Source: the human T2T-CHM13v2.0 reference genome, Homo sapiens. Taken from it: DNA of 64,000 bases. Location of the stretch: assembly GCF_009914755.1 (NCBI RefSeq), contig NC_060935.1, one strand, 5' to 3'. Positions 1-12,960 of the stretch are shown here, in pieces. The notes under the pieces were generated by a model. That model did not search any database, was not told where the DNA came from, and worked only from the letters and a program-made list of their open reading frames with translations. Numbering within the stretch: the first letter of the stretch is position 1; each line of letters opens with the position of its first letter. The translations under genes were made by a program, and so were the position numbers.

Positions 1-69
1 CAGAAAGGGAAGATAAAAGAGCTTGGAATGTCTGAAGGAGGGAAAAGTACTTGATTTTTTTTTCTTTTG

Positions 70-1978
70 ATTTGTATTCATTTATTCAACACATTAATTT
101 AGCATCTACTGATTACCAGGCACTAAACCAGGCACTGGAGATTCAGCAGCGAACAACAGATTCAAAATTCTGTACTCAAAGAAATTTACATTCTGGTGAA
201 GTCTTTGGGGAGAGGAAAGAAAGAGGATTCAAGAAGATATTTTAAAAAGTAATTAAAATATAAAACATGTTAGATGAGTCAAAGCACTATGGAGAAAAAC
301 AGTGGGGGGAAAGGAAAGGTAATAATGGAGAGAGGCCTGAAATTTAAATTACGGTGTTTGGGGTAGCTTCACTGAAAAGGGGACATTTGAGCAAAAACCA
401 AGAGTAGGCAAGAGAATGAGCCATGTGGACATCTATGAAAATCGCATTTTAGGCATAGGGAGAAACATATGCAAAGCCCTGAGGCAAAAATGGGCTTGAT
501 GTATTTGAGGAGCAGTAGGGACGGTGTGGCTGGAGCAGTGAACAGTAGGGAGGGGAGTAAGAAATGAGATCAGAGAACCAAGGGGAAGGGATACACTTCC
601 TAGGACTGTGTGGGCTGCTGTAAGGAATTTGCTTTTATTTTGCATGACACACGAAGGTATACTTCTGTGTTGAAGACGGATTGTAGGGGACAAGAACAGG
701 AGCAGGGAGAAAAGTCAGGAAGTTGTTGATTAATCCAGATGAGAGACAATGGTAGAAGTGGAGACCTGTGGTCAGATCCTGGATGTGTTTGGAACAGGGA
801 TGTGGATGAATTAGATATGGCATATAAGAGAAAAATTATACTTTTAAAAAACAACTATTGGAATGATGGTGTTGCCATTTACCTAGAAAGGGAAAAATAT
901 AGTAGAAGAAAGTTTTGATAGGGAGATCAAGACTACAATTTTGAACGTGTGAGTTTGAGAAGCCTACTGGACCCACAAATGGGACATCAACATTATTTTT
1001 ACTTGTACATTTTTATATATAAATGTGGAGATCAGAAAGAACTCTGACCTGAATGTTACCATCAGATGCTATTCAAAACTGTAATATTGGGTAAGATTGA
1101 CAAGGGAATAAGTATAGAAAGAGAAGAGAAATCATACAAGTGCTGAGACCTGAAGCATCTTATATTAAAAGTTGAGGAAAGTGAGAAAGAACAAGCAAGA
1201 GTCTGATTGGAAGGAGCCAGTAAGGTAGGAAAATAATCAGGAGAGTGTAGAATTAGGAAGCTGAGAGGAGAGAGTTTTGTCTTATTTTCTCTCCCATGGA
1301 AAGGAATAGTCAGTGGTGTACAATGCCACTAATAAGTCAAATGAAATGAAGATAGATTTAACCATTGGAATAAGCAGATCATAAATTATTTTCTACCTTG
1401 AATAAGAGTTACAGTGGAGTAGTAGAAGGAAAATGAGTGGGTTGGAGAAAAAACAAGAGGTGCTAAGTTGGAAGAAAATAAGTATAAATAAATCTTTCAA
1501 AGGATTTTGTCGTATGAAGTCACAAAAATATAGAGTTAGCTGGAGGAGAAATGGAATCGAAAGAGAGGATTTTTTTTTTTCAATGAGGTGAGAGAAGCAG
1601 AAATTACAATGTGCTGTGTGAAGATGGAACTGATGATGTAGGAGAATGAGGAAAAAGTGTGTGGGCAGTGTCCTTAAATAGGGGAGAAGAAATGGGATGG
1701 AACTGAAAAGTGAAAGTAGTGGTCTTACTTGGTGTCTGGATCATTTACAAAAGCATGGGGCAAGCTGGTGGGAAGGCAGATTATGTGGGCACGAGTGTAA
1801 AGAAGGTTAGGTAGATGTGGTGTTAAGACTGGGTAGAAGTGAAATTGAAAATAAAATCAGTAGAGTGACTATGAGGAGAAGATTTTGGAGATATATGAAG
1901 AAAGAGTATGAAATATGGTAATTGTCTGGGAGAGTAGCTTAGAGAAATGTAGCACAATTGCTTGACAGCAATATAATG
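70..1978 (-). mobile_element. LINE-2 (L2) fragment, 3' end at left
   Basis: Starts TATTCATTTATTCAACACATTAATTTAGCATCTACTGATTACCAGGCACT, the reverse complement of the L2 3' terminus. It is followed by typical purine-rich antisense L2 body, and L2-like sequence appears to resume after 6416. Confidence 0.8.
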
Positions 1979-2585
1979 CAGGCATGTGTCACTTAACAGT
2001 GGGGATAAGTTCTGAGAAATTTGTCAATAGGCAATTTCATCATTGCACAATCATCATAGAGTGGACTTACACAAACTTAGATGATATAGCCTCTCACACA
2101 CCTAGGCTATGTGGCTTAGCCTATTGTTTCTAGGCTACAAACCTGTACAGCGTGCTACTGCGATGAATACTGTAGGCAATTGTAAGACAGTGATATTTGT
2201 ATTTGTAAGTATAGAAAATTACAGTAAAAACAATATAGGATAAAAGGTTAACAAAGGTACAGCAAAAACCAATATGGTATACAAGATAAAAAGTGATATA
2301 CCTTTATAGGGCACTTAACATAAATGGAGCTTGCATGACTGGAAGTTGCTCTGGGTGAGTCAGTGAGTGAATGAATGGTGAATGAATGTGAAGGCTGAGG
2401 ACATTACTGTACGCTACTGTAGACTTCATAAATGCTGTAAACTTAAGCTGAATTCAATTTATAAAACAAATTCTTTTATCAGTAATAAATTTAACTTACT
2501 GTAGTTTTTTCATTTTATAAACTTTTTAATTTTTTAAAACTTTTTTACTCTTTTGTAATAACAGTTTAAAACACAAATACATTGT

Positions 2586-4092
2586 GGGGAGGTGGAACAA
2601 AATGGCCAAGTAGATGCCTCTAGCTACTTTCCTCCTGGCAGAAACACCAAATTGAACAACTTTCTACACAAAAAGTCACCTTCATAAGAACCAAAAATCA
2701 AATGAATTATCACAGTACCTGCTTTTAACATCATATCAAGGCAAGAGGCACTGAAGAGAGTAGGAAAGAAGGTCTTGAATCACCTACACTACTCCTCCCT
2801 CATCCCTCAGCAGAAACCTGAGTTTCGACAAGACCTTCCATGGCGGGCCAAAGTGTTCTGGGGTTCAAAATAAACTTGACAGGCAGTCTAGGCCACAAGG
2901 ACTACAATTCCTGGGGAAGTCCTGGTGCTGTGCTAGTCTCAGAACCAGTGGACTTGTGGTACGTACAATCTAGTGGGACACCAGGTGAGGCATCCAAGGG
3001 AGTGCTTGCATTACCCCTCCCTCAACCACAGCCCTGGGAGACTACTTCTCTTTGCTTGAGGAGAGAAGATTAAAGAGAATTTTGTCTTGCAACTTGGAGA
3101 CCAGCTCAGCCACAATAGAATAGGGCACCAGGCAGAGCCCGGAGGCCCCCTTTCTATGCCTTAGCTCCTCCATGAGATTTCTAAGCATACGCTGGGCCAG
3201 AATGGAACCCACTTTCTTCAAGGGAAGAATGCAGTCCTGACAGGATTTATCACCTACTGAATAAAGAGCCCTTGGGCTCTGAAAAATCAGCATTGGTAGC
3301 CAGGCAGTACTTGTTGTGAGCACTGGGTGAAATTCAGAGGCCTTCTGGCTTCAAGTGTGACTCAGCACATTCTCAGCTATAGTGGCTATGGGGATAAACC
3401 CCTTCTGCCTGAGGAAAGGAGAGGAAAGAGTAAAGGGAACTTAGTTTTGTGGCTTGGGCACTAACTCGGCCACAGTGGGGTAGAGCACCAAGCAGGCTCC
3501 TAGGGTCACTGATTCTAGGCCTTAGCTCCTAGACAGCATTGCTAGACCTTCCCTGGGCCAGGGGAGTGCCCACTGACCTGAAGGGAGAGACTCAGGACTG
3601 GCAGTATCCACCACAAGATCACTGAAGAGCCCTTAGGCCTTGGGTGAACACAGGCAGTAGACAGGCAATGGTCACTGTGGGCTTTAGGTGAAACCCAGTG
3701 CTGTACTTGCTTCAGGTCGGACCCAGCACAGTCCCAGTGGCTGTGGCCAAGGGCTTGCTTGCATCACCCATCCCCAATACCAGGCAGCTAAGCACAGACA
3801 GAGAGAGTCTCTTTCTTTGGAGGAATGTGAGGAAAGGAGAACAAAGGTCCACCTGGTAATCCAGGGAGTTCTTTCAGAGCTTACTAAGACCACCAAGGTG
3901 GTACGTCTATGAGTCTGCTAGAGCTGGCAAATTACTGGGCTTGGGATGCCCCCTAAAGCAAATGAAGCTGGAGTGTTCAAAGACTTACATCACAATACCC
4001 AAGTTTCTTCAAATATCTAGAGAGCCATCCTAAAAAAAGGATAGGTACAAACAAGCCCAGAGTATGAAGACTAACATAAATACCTCACTCTT
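2586..4092 (+). mobile_element. Old L1 (L1MA1-3/L1PB-age) 5' UTR
   Basis: Begins GGGGAGGTGGAACAAAATGGCC, an L1 5' start, and is colinear with the 5' UTR of the L1 at 57392. Left TSD AAAACACAAATACATTGT at 2568-2585. Confidence 0.85.
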
Positions 4093-4514
4093 TGTGTAAG
4101 GCTGTTCTTCCGTTGCTATAAAGAAATACCCGAGACTGGGTAATTATTTTTTCAAAAAGAGGTTTAGTTGGCTCATGATTCTTCAGGCTGTACAGGAAAC
4201 ATGATGCCAGCATCTGCTTGGCTTCTGGAGAGACGTCAAGAAACTTCCAATCATGGTGTAAGGCAAAAGGGGAGCAGACACATCACATGGCCAGAGAAGG
4301 AGCAAAGTAGGGAGAGGTTCTACATACTTTTAAACAACCAGATTTCATAAGAACTCACTCACTATCTTGAGGAAGGCACCAACAGGATGGCACTAAACCA
4401 TTCCTGAGAAATCTCTACTATGATTCAATCACCTCCCACCAGGCCCCACCTCCAACACTGGGGATCACAATTTTACATGAGATTTGGGCAGGGACACAGA
4501 TCCAATTCACATTA
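4093..4514 (-). mobile_element. MSTA-type MaLR LTR
   Basis: TGTGTAAGGCTGTTCTTCCGTTGCTATAAAGAAATACCCGAGACTGGGTAAT ... GGGACACAGATCCAATTCACATTA matches the reverse complement of the MST LTR. Confidence 0.85.
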
Positions 4515-4935
4515 TTCTGCCCCTGGCCCCTTCTCATGTCCACAGATCCAAACCACATTACTCTGCCCTGGCCCCAAATCTCATGTCCTTCTCACATTTC
4601 AAAATGCAATCATGCCTTCCCAACAGTCCCCCCAGAGTCTTAACTCATTCTAGCATTATCTCAAAAGTCCAAAGTCCAAAATCTCATGTGAAACAAGGCT
4701 AGTCCCTTCTGCCTGTGAGCCTGTAAAATCAAAAACAACCTAGTTATTTCCAAGATACAATGGAGGTATAAGCATTGGGTAAATACTCCTGTTCCAAAAG
4801 GGATAAATTGGCCGAAAGGAAGGAGCTACAGGCCCCATGCAAGTTAGAAACACAGAAGTTCAGTCGTTAAATCTTAAAGCTCCAAAATAATCTCCTTTGA
4901 CTCCATGTCCCACATACAGGACACATTGGTGTGAG
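4515..4935 (-). mobile_element. MST internal region, truncated
   Basis: CTGCCCTGGCCCCAAATCTCATGTCCTTCTCACATTTCAAAA...AAAGTCCAAAGTCCAAAATCTCAT is MST/THE1-type internal sequence next to the LTR. It ends abruptly against L1 sequence. Confidence 0.8.
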
Positions 4936-5749
4936 TCACCCCAATTAAAATGGCTTTTGTCCAAAGACAGACAATAGCAAATTATGGTGAGGATGCAAAG
5001 AAAAGAGAACACCTGTACACTGTTGGTAGGAATGCAAATTTGTACAACCACTATATAGAACAATTTGGAGATTCTTCAAAATACTAAAAATAGAACTACC
5101 ATATGATCCAGCAATCCAGCTGCTAGGTATATGCTCGCCCAAAAGGAAATCAGTTTATTGAAGAGATGTCTGCATTTCCATGTTTATTGTAGCACTATTT
5201 GCAATAATCAATATTTGTAAGCAATCTAAATATCTACCAACAAACAAATGCATAAAGAAAATGGTATACATACACATAATGGAGCCATAATAAGAATGAG
5301 ATCCTGTCATTTGCAACATGTATGTTAAGTGAAGTAATCCAAGCACAGAAAGAAAAACTTCACATGTTCTCACTCATTTGAGGCAGCTACAAATATTGAA
5401 ACAATTGAACTAATGGAGATAGGGAGGAGAATGATAGTTCCCAGAGGCTGGGAGAGGTAGTGGGGTAGGAAGAAGTGGGGATAATTAACAGGTACAAAAA
5501 TATAATTAGATAGACTGAATAAGATCTAGTATTTCATAACACAACAGTGTCACTGCAGTCAACAGTAATTTATTGTAGTTTAAAATAACTAAAAGAGTAT
5601 AGTTGGATTATTTGTAACACAAAGAAAGGATAAATTATTGAGGTGATGGATACTTTATTTACTCTGATGTGATTATTATGTATTATATGCCTGTATCAAA
5701 ATATATCTTGTACTCCATAAATATAGATACCTATATGTCTACAAAAATT
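4936..5749 (+). mobile_element. L1 ORF2 C-terminus and 3' UTR (L1MA2-like), same element as 2586-4092
   Basis: TCACCCCAATTAAAATGGCT...GAACTACCATATGATCCAGCAATCC...CCATAAATATAGATACCTATATGTCTACAAAAATT, followed by right TSD AAAACACAAAACACGTTGT (5750-5768). Confidence 0.85.
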
Positions 5750-6805
5750 AAAACACAAAACACGTTGTATAGCTACAAAAATAATTTCTTTATATTTTTA
5801 TTCTACATAATTTTTCTATGTTTAAAATTTATTATTATTTTACTTTTTAAACTCTGGTACAAACTAGGACCCAAGCCCACACATTAGCGTAGGTCTACAC
5901 AAAGTTGGAATTATCAGTATTGTTGTCTTCCACCTCCACATCTTGTTCCATGGAAAGGTATTGAAGGACAATAATATGCATGAAGCTGTCATCTCCTATG
6001 ATCACAATGCGTTCTTCTGCAACACATCCTGAAGGACCTGCCTGAGGCTGTTTTACAGTTAGCTTTTTTTCACCCATAAGTAGAATAAGTGCCCTTTAAA
6101 ATAATCATTAAAAAGTATAATATAATATAGTAAATACATGAGCTGTTAACATAGTTGTTTATTATTGTTATCAAGTATTAAATACTGTACATAGTTGTAT
6201 GTGCTGTACTTTTATGTGACTGGCAGTGCAGTAGGTTTGTTTACAGTAGTACCACCACAAACATGTGAATAATGCATTGTGCTGTGATGTTATGATGGCT
6301 ACAACAGATGTCGTTAGGCAATAGGAATTTTTTGACTCCATTACAATCTTATGTGATCACTGTTATATATCCAGTTTATCGTTGACTGAAAGGTTGTTAT
6401 GTGGCACATGACTGTAGTGGTCTTCAGAATAAGATCAGGATCATGAATGTAAAGAGATATTTGTGTGTGGTTGTGTTTTCTACCAACTATGTTCAGCTGA
6501 GGAGGTACAGTTGTGTAGTGTGGATCAATGGATGTATCTGCAGTATGGATTTTTCTCAAGCAACTAAGGAGTAAAAGAAAAATGAAGAAGTTCATGGTAT
6601 ATATAAGGAAGTAATTTTAATGATGAGCAATGAAATTTAAGGGGATTAAAGTGAGAAGTGAATGTAGAATGAGGTTTAGGGACAGAAAAAAGATATTGGG
6701 ATCAATGGATAGCAGATTCTAGAACGCTGTTATAAGAGAAAGTGCCAGTCAATCAGGATCTAGAAGCTTATAGGCACAAGGAGGTGAGAACCAGGGGCTT
6801 ATAGA

Positions 6806-7471
6806 TGTCAACTGAAGAAAGATGAGGTTCATAGATTTGGAAAGGTGAGCTTTATTTCTCATAAAAGCTTATAGCCTGCAGGGTGGCCATTCTGACAGGC
6901 TGGAAAGTGTAGCCTCTGTGCAGAAGCCAGAGACAAACACTTGGAGGAATTTATGCTGAGCTGGGTGGCTGAACATATATATTCAGTAAACTATAGGAGG
7001 AATCATGAATATTTATTAAAGGTGAAATGTGCACGTGCACAATTGGGCTTTATGCTCCTTCATGGGCCTCAGGTACAAAAAAAAAAAAATACATGACAGC
7101 ATTAGCATGATCCATGGGTGCAGTTTTCAGCCTTCTAACATCAAACAGTGAAGTAGAGGACATGAAAACCTTTATTGCACATTGTCCATAATCTGGCCAG
7201 AACCACTCCATGGTTGGTGGTCTCTTATCAGGGAAAAAAGGAGGTGCAGTTTCAGAAAGTTGGTTGATATTGGTTGTGGAGTCTTTTGAAAGGACTGCTT
7301 TCTGTTTAGGAAGAAAGACTAGTAGTGGTTAGCAAGGAAGGGACTGTAAGAGGGCATGTCTGACCTCCTAACCTCTTTCAGGGCTGACCAAGCTTATTCC
7401 ATGGTCCCCATGGCCAAGAGATGACCCATTCAGCCAGTTGGAGGGCTTAGAATTTTCACTTTTATTTCTCA
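6806..7471 (-). mobile_element. ERV1-class solo LTR (MER39/LTR26-like; subfamily uncertain)
   Basis: TG...CA termini (TGTCAACTGAAG ... TTTATTTCTCA) and a perfect 4-bp TSD TAGA at 6802-6805 and 7472-7475. TTTATT at about 6851 is an antisense polyA signal. Confidence 0.75.
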
Positions 7472-9189
7472 TAGATAAGTATGGTAAAAAGAAGTAAAGC
7501 GTGTTATGGACTTATGGAATAAGATTCAAAGTTTGTGGGATTTTAAGAAGGTTTATTTGAAACTGACAATGAAGATCACGGGACACATCTGTCTCCCATG
7601 TAGAGCAGAGGAGTATAGACTTTCCCCACTTGAAAAGACTGACAAGGAAAAAAAGTGCTCTAAGAAAAACTGGTTTCCATAAAAGCAAGAAAACATAGGA
7701 AATATTCAGAGTAGAGGTTAAAGATATACAGGATTTTTTTTCTGATGAATGATAATGGGTTTCACTGGATATAGTGAGGGGATTTTTGGAAGTAGAGAGT
7801 GGTGGGAGATAGGCTTTAAAAAAAAGGTACTATAATAACCTATGATAGGATTAGAATGTGGTCATAAGGCCTGCTTTGGGAGATAAAGGGTTTTTGTTGT
7901 CTTTTGGTTTTAAAATGACTCATGAAAATAAGGACAAAGGCGTGGTATAATTGTTGTTAATCATCTCAAAGCAATGGTATGAATGCCAGGCCAGGGTATT
8001 GAAGGGGAGCAGAAAAGAAGATCTCTCCAGGACAACATAGAATTGCAGAGCTCATATTTGACTTCTGCTAAAGCAAGATGTTGTGGTGCGGGTATGGAGT
8101 ACTGTCTTACTCTGATTTCACATAGTTCCAGGGGTCCCTCTTGAATATTGTTCTGATATAGATTCAGATGCATTTATAACTAGTCCACTACTCAAGCATG
8201 TTATTGATAGTTTCCTATCCACTTGTTTGCCTTAATAAATTCTAAATATTAAGACTAGTAGATACATGATATATCTACTAAATATTCAGTGGGACAAAAT
8301 TGTTGATGTTTTCATATATCTGAAATCTAGGGCACAGTTTTAAAAGAATGGGATCAAAGTTATCAGTTTTCACCAAATGGTGACATGCAAGGACATCTTT
8401 GTGTCTGATGTGGCCATTTATGCTAACCCAAGAGAAACCTCTACCAGTAATCTGCTACTGGTTACCATATATGACTCACCAGTCAGAAGAAAGTTATTAT
8501 TTGGAGATGAAAGACCAATAAGAAGGAGATGCATAGGGCAAAGAAATAGAAAGTAAAAAGAAAGCCACTAAAATAGGGATGAATTCTCAAATTTTAGCTA
8601 ACAAGAGGCATGTCTCACAGCTTGTATGGCACAGCTGAGACAGAGGGTTTTGAAACACATTAAAGACTTTTTTAACTTTTTAGATCCTTATTCACTTTTG
8701 GACTTGGAGAATCCCATGGCTTTAAATGTTCATTTTATCTTTAGAGATTAATCAGTAGGGAGGAATAATGCATGCTGGCAGATCATGTCTGTCTGACATG
8801 TACTATCAAAACTTTGAACTTGGTAGTTGGCAGCAAAGTAATGTCATAAAATGCCATCGGGATAAAGAACTCAACTCCCACACTAAATATTGGGGGAGTC
8901 TAATGACTATCATTTTTACAGTTATATAGTGAAACTACTTTTTATAATAGATAGTAATTTACAGAAGAGCAAATAAATTCGGTCTTTTTCATTATTGTAT
9001 TCTTAAAGATTAGCACAGAGTCAAACAGAAGAAAAAAAAGATAGTGAATATGATATATCTATGCAATTCACAATATAAAGGTAGAGCTCCATGGTGCTAT
9101 TCACATTGACTTCAATATGAATAATGCCCCCTAAAGTTTTACAAATTGGTTCATCTACGCTTTTCTTTGCTGAATGAATTATATATCCT

Positions 9190-9350
9190 CTAACATTTAT
9201 TACGTTCTTATTGTGTGCTAGGCATGTGCTAACTACTTTACATATAAGATCCTACTTAGTCCTTATAAGAAAGACAGTGAAGCAAATAACACTTGTATGT
9301 TTGCCCAAAATTATGTAGCTGGTAAGTGAGAAGCCAAGACTCGAAGATCA
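9190..9350 (-). mobile_element. MIR SINE fragment
   Basis: TAACATTTATT...TGTGCTAGGCATGTGCTAA...TTGCCCAAAATTATGTAGCTGGTAAGT resembles the antisense MIR core. Confidence 0.55.
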
Positions 9351-11280
9351 GTGTGTTAGCTGGCTTAGGTATCTACAGATTCCTTTATTACCATTATCAG
9401 AGGTATGATATGACACTGATGCATTTGTTCTCAAAGTATTTGTGTTCCAGCTGGGGGACAATTTAAACAAAGAAAGAAAGATACAAGCCAAGGTTCCCAA
9501 AGATAGCAGTACAAAAAGGAGGAAGACAGCCCTTTTTGGGATGGAATAATTGAATTAGTAATTTCCAGAGAAAGATAACATGAATTTGGTTCTGGATGAT
9601 ACCTGTGGTTTGGGGAGACAAAAGGGGTTCTAAAAGGTCTCCATGTAGAAGGAACAGCTTAAGCAAAGGTAGAGTGGAGAATAAGAGAGGGCCTTCATCA
9701 GATTAGAGAACAGTGTAGAAATTATGTCACAGGACATTTTTCTTAATATTTTGGTGGCTTTTAGGTTATTTTTATTTAGGCAGAGGTAGGAGTCAGCTTC
9801 TCCATTTTTCTTGTGGCCTTTGTAACTTTTGAATGGCTATACCACCAGATATTCCCATCTAGTTCTGCTCTCTATCTTAATTGGGAAAATGCAGGATAAT
9901 CAGTTTTCAAGGGTAATGGGCTTGCAAAAATAAAAATTGTGAAAGCCATAGGTAACTGTTTTTTAAAAATTGGAACGTTAATGGAGAAGGCCAAGCTTTC
10001 TTTGAAAATGCCTACGGTGTATCTTGTATCTCTTCTTTCCAGGTCCCAGATAAGACATGGCTATATTTTTCACAGAGCTTCTTTCTGTAAGAGTATCAAA
10101 GAGAAAACATTACATATTCTTGGTTTCCTTCTGAGGGACTGATCCACCAGGTGTCTAATTGCATCTGGGGGCTATTTTTTTTGTTCCATATGAATAATTG
10201 AACATTTCTGAGGCTTGGAATAAGTATGGGTTCTTATGTCTCTCTTTAAATAGAAAAGTTAAAATAGAAAATATTTAGAAAAATGTTGCTTTCCTTCTTC
10301 TCACCCCAGTTCCATTCATTGCAGTTCTTTTCTTAGAGTTTTACATTTTCCTTTCAGATGTATAGTGGAGGGTTTTAATTTGAACCCCTGAGTTTCTTTA
10401 GTGTTATAATTTAAACTAATAATAGCTAACACCTCCCTTTGAGTTTCTATAGCAGCTATTACAGTGGTACCTACTGTTATTAATATTTAAGAAGGAACCA
10501 TTAAAATTTGAGGTATGAGACAAATTGAAAATGTTAGCATTAATTGAACACTATTGTTAATGGCACCTTTGCTAATTCACGGTGAAGCCAACTTGTATTG
10601 CTTCATTAGAGACAGAAACCTAAAAGTACAGTGGTGGGAATAATTTCAATGGGCAACAGTCTTTCAAGTGCAGCAATGTAACAAATTATATTTCACTCTC
10701 AGCTTAAAATCCTGAAAACATTCAGACATCTGAATATTGTATAAATTAAACCCTACAACCTCCAGACATCTGAATATTGTATAAAAATTGCCAGTCTAGT
10801 AGTTTAAGAAGCTGAAAGGAAATGCTTAATCTATCCGTCTAGCTACTCCTCTAGTAAGCACATCTTTGAACAAGTACATAGGAAAGGCCTCATATGCATA
10901 GATATTCTTTAAAACAATAACATTCAAAATTTTCTGCTTTTTGTAGAAAAATGTGTTATAAGTCTAGTTTGGTATATTTCAAGGTTTTTATAACTTCTTT
11001 CTAATACCCTTTGTGTTCATAAAATTTATATGTTTTGTTTCTTCAAGATCAGTTGATACTATTGTTGTTGGCTTGGAAAGACACTCCACGTATATGAAAC
11101 AAAGGAGTTGGGTTTTACACGTTTATAGGAAAGTGGATAAAGAATATTGGTGGGATTATCAGGGAAAGGCCTATCAAAACCACAATGAGATATCATGTTA
11201 CCCCAGTTAGAATGGTTATTATCAAAAAGACAAAAAGTATCAAATGCTGGTGAGGATGTAGAGAAAATGGAACTCTTATA

Positions 11281-11490
11281 TAGTAAGTCTTGACTTAATG
11301 GTGTCCATTAAGTTCTTGGAAAATATGACTTTAAGCAAAATGATGTATAGTGAAACATTTTTACCATCTGTGGGGAGAATGTGCAAACTCCGCATGGACA
11401 ATGGCCCGGCCAGGAATCAACTTTTTTTTATCCCATCAATGTTATAATGAAGCGACCTTGAACGACATAACATTATTTAAGGACCTGGTG
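11281..11490. mobile_element. MER6-type TcMar-Tigger MITE
   Basis: Ends TAGTAAGTCTTGACTTAATG and CATTATTTAAGGACCTGGTG are imperfect inverted repeats. TA TSD at 11279-80 and 11491-92; removing the element restores L1 sequence GAACTCTTA-TA-CACC. Confidence 0.75.
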
Positions 11491-11910
11491 TACACCATTG
11501 GTGGGAATGTAAATTAGTATAGCCATTATGATAAACATGGAGGTTTCTCAAAAAAACAAAAAGTGGAACTACCATATGATCCAGCAATCCCACTACTTGG
11601 CATTTATCCAAATGAAGGGAAATTAATGTATTGCAGGGGTATCTCCACCCCCTATACCTACTGAAGCACTATTCACAATAGCCAAGATATGGAATCAACC
11701 TAGGTATCTAACAACAGATGAATGGATAAAGAAAATGAGATATATATACACCATGGAATAGTATTCAGCCATAAAAAGATGAAATCCTGTAATCTGTGGA
11801 AACATGGATACGCCTGGAGCACATTATGTTAAATGAAATAAGTTAGGAACAGAAAATAAATACTGCAGGTTCTCACTCATACGTGGAAGCTAAAAATTTA
11901 ATTCAGCTCA

Positions 11911-12332
<422 letters not shown>

Positions 12333-12719
12333 CTAGTATTTTACAGCACTGTAGGGTGAATATAGTTAACAATAATTTGTTGTATATGTTCAAAAACTTA
12401 GAAGACTGCATCTTGAATGTTTCCAACACAAAGAAATGATAAATGTTTGAGGTAATGAATATGCTAATTACCCTGATTTGATCATTATACATTGTATACA
12501 TGTATTGAAATATCATTCTGCATCCCATAAATATATACAATCATTTTGTGTCAACTAAAAATAAAATAAAAAAACTCTGACAATAAACAAACAAAAAATA
12601 ATATTTGTAGGAAAAATGACAGAAAAGAGATCCAGAATTCATTGGGTGGTTATTCTGGTGACCTTGGAATTTCTACAGTCTTCCTGTGAGCACATTTGAG
12701 TGTCAGAAAAATTTTACTT

Positions 12720-12960
12720 TAGACTCCAGCCATCTGCCCATTTCTCCCTTTTTATATTGGCCTCTAGTTTTGTCCTCTTTCTGGAGACACAAAGCTGAAT
12801 TTCTCCAAGTCTATTGGACATCTCCAAATTACCTCTATACTTAATATGCTCTACACAGAAATCCAACTTTTCCCCAAATCCCTGCTTCCTTCTTTTGCCC
12901 TTAACCTTGTTAATCACCATTCTCTCAGCTGATTAGTGTTGAGTATCCTCCTTACTCAAT
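12720..12960 (+). mobile_element. L2 fragment
   Basis: CTATTGGACATCTCC...CTTAATATGCTCTACACAGAA is pyrimidine-rich sense L2-like sequence. Confidence 0.5.

Larger units (their letters stand above)
1979..6414. mobile_element. Tigger3b/MER7-type TcMar-Tigger DNA transposon, split by an L1 insertion (own sequence 1979-2585 and 5769-6414)
   Basis: Terminal inverted repeats CAGGCATGTGTCACTTAACA (1979) and TGTTATGTGGCACATGACTG (ends 6414). Flanks are TG on the left (decayed TA) and TA on the right. The two halves sum to about 1.25 kb. Confidence 0.85.

Noticed and set aside
10723-10785. Repeat-spacer-repeat resembling a minimal CRISPR array
   Set aside because: Only two repeats, a 17-nt spacer, no cas genes, and a clearly mammalian context.
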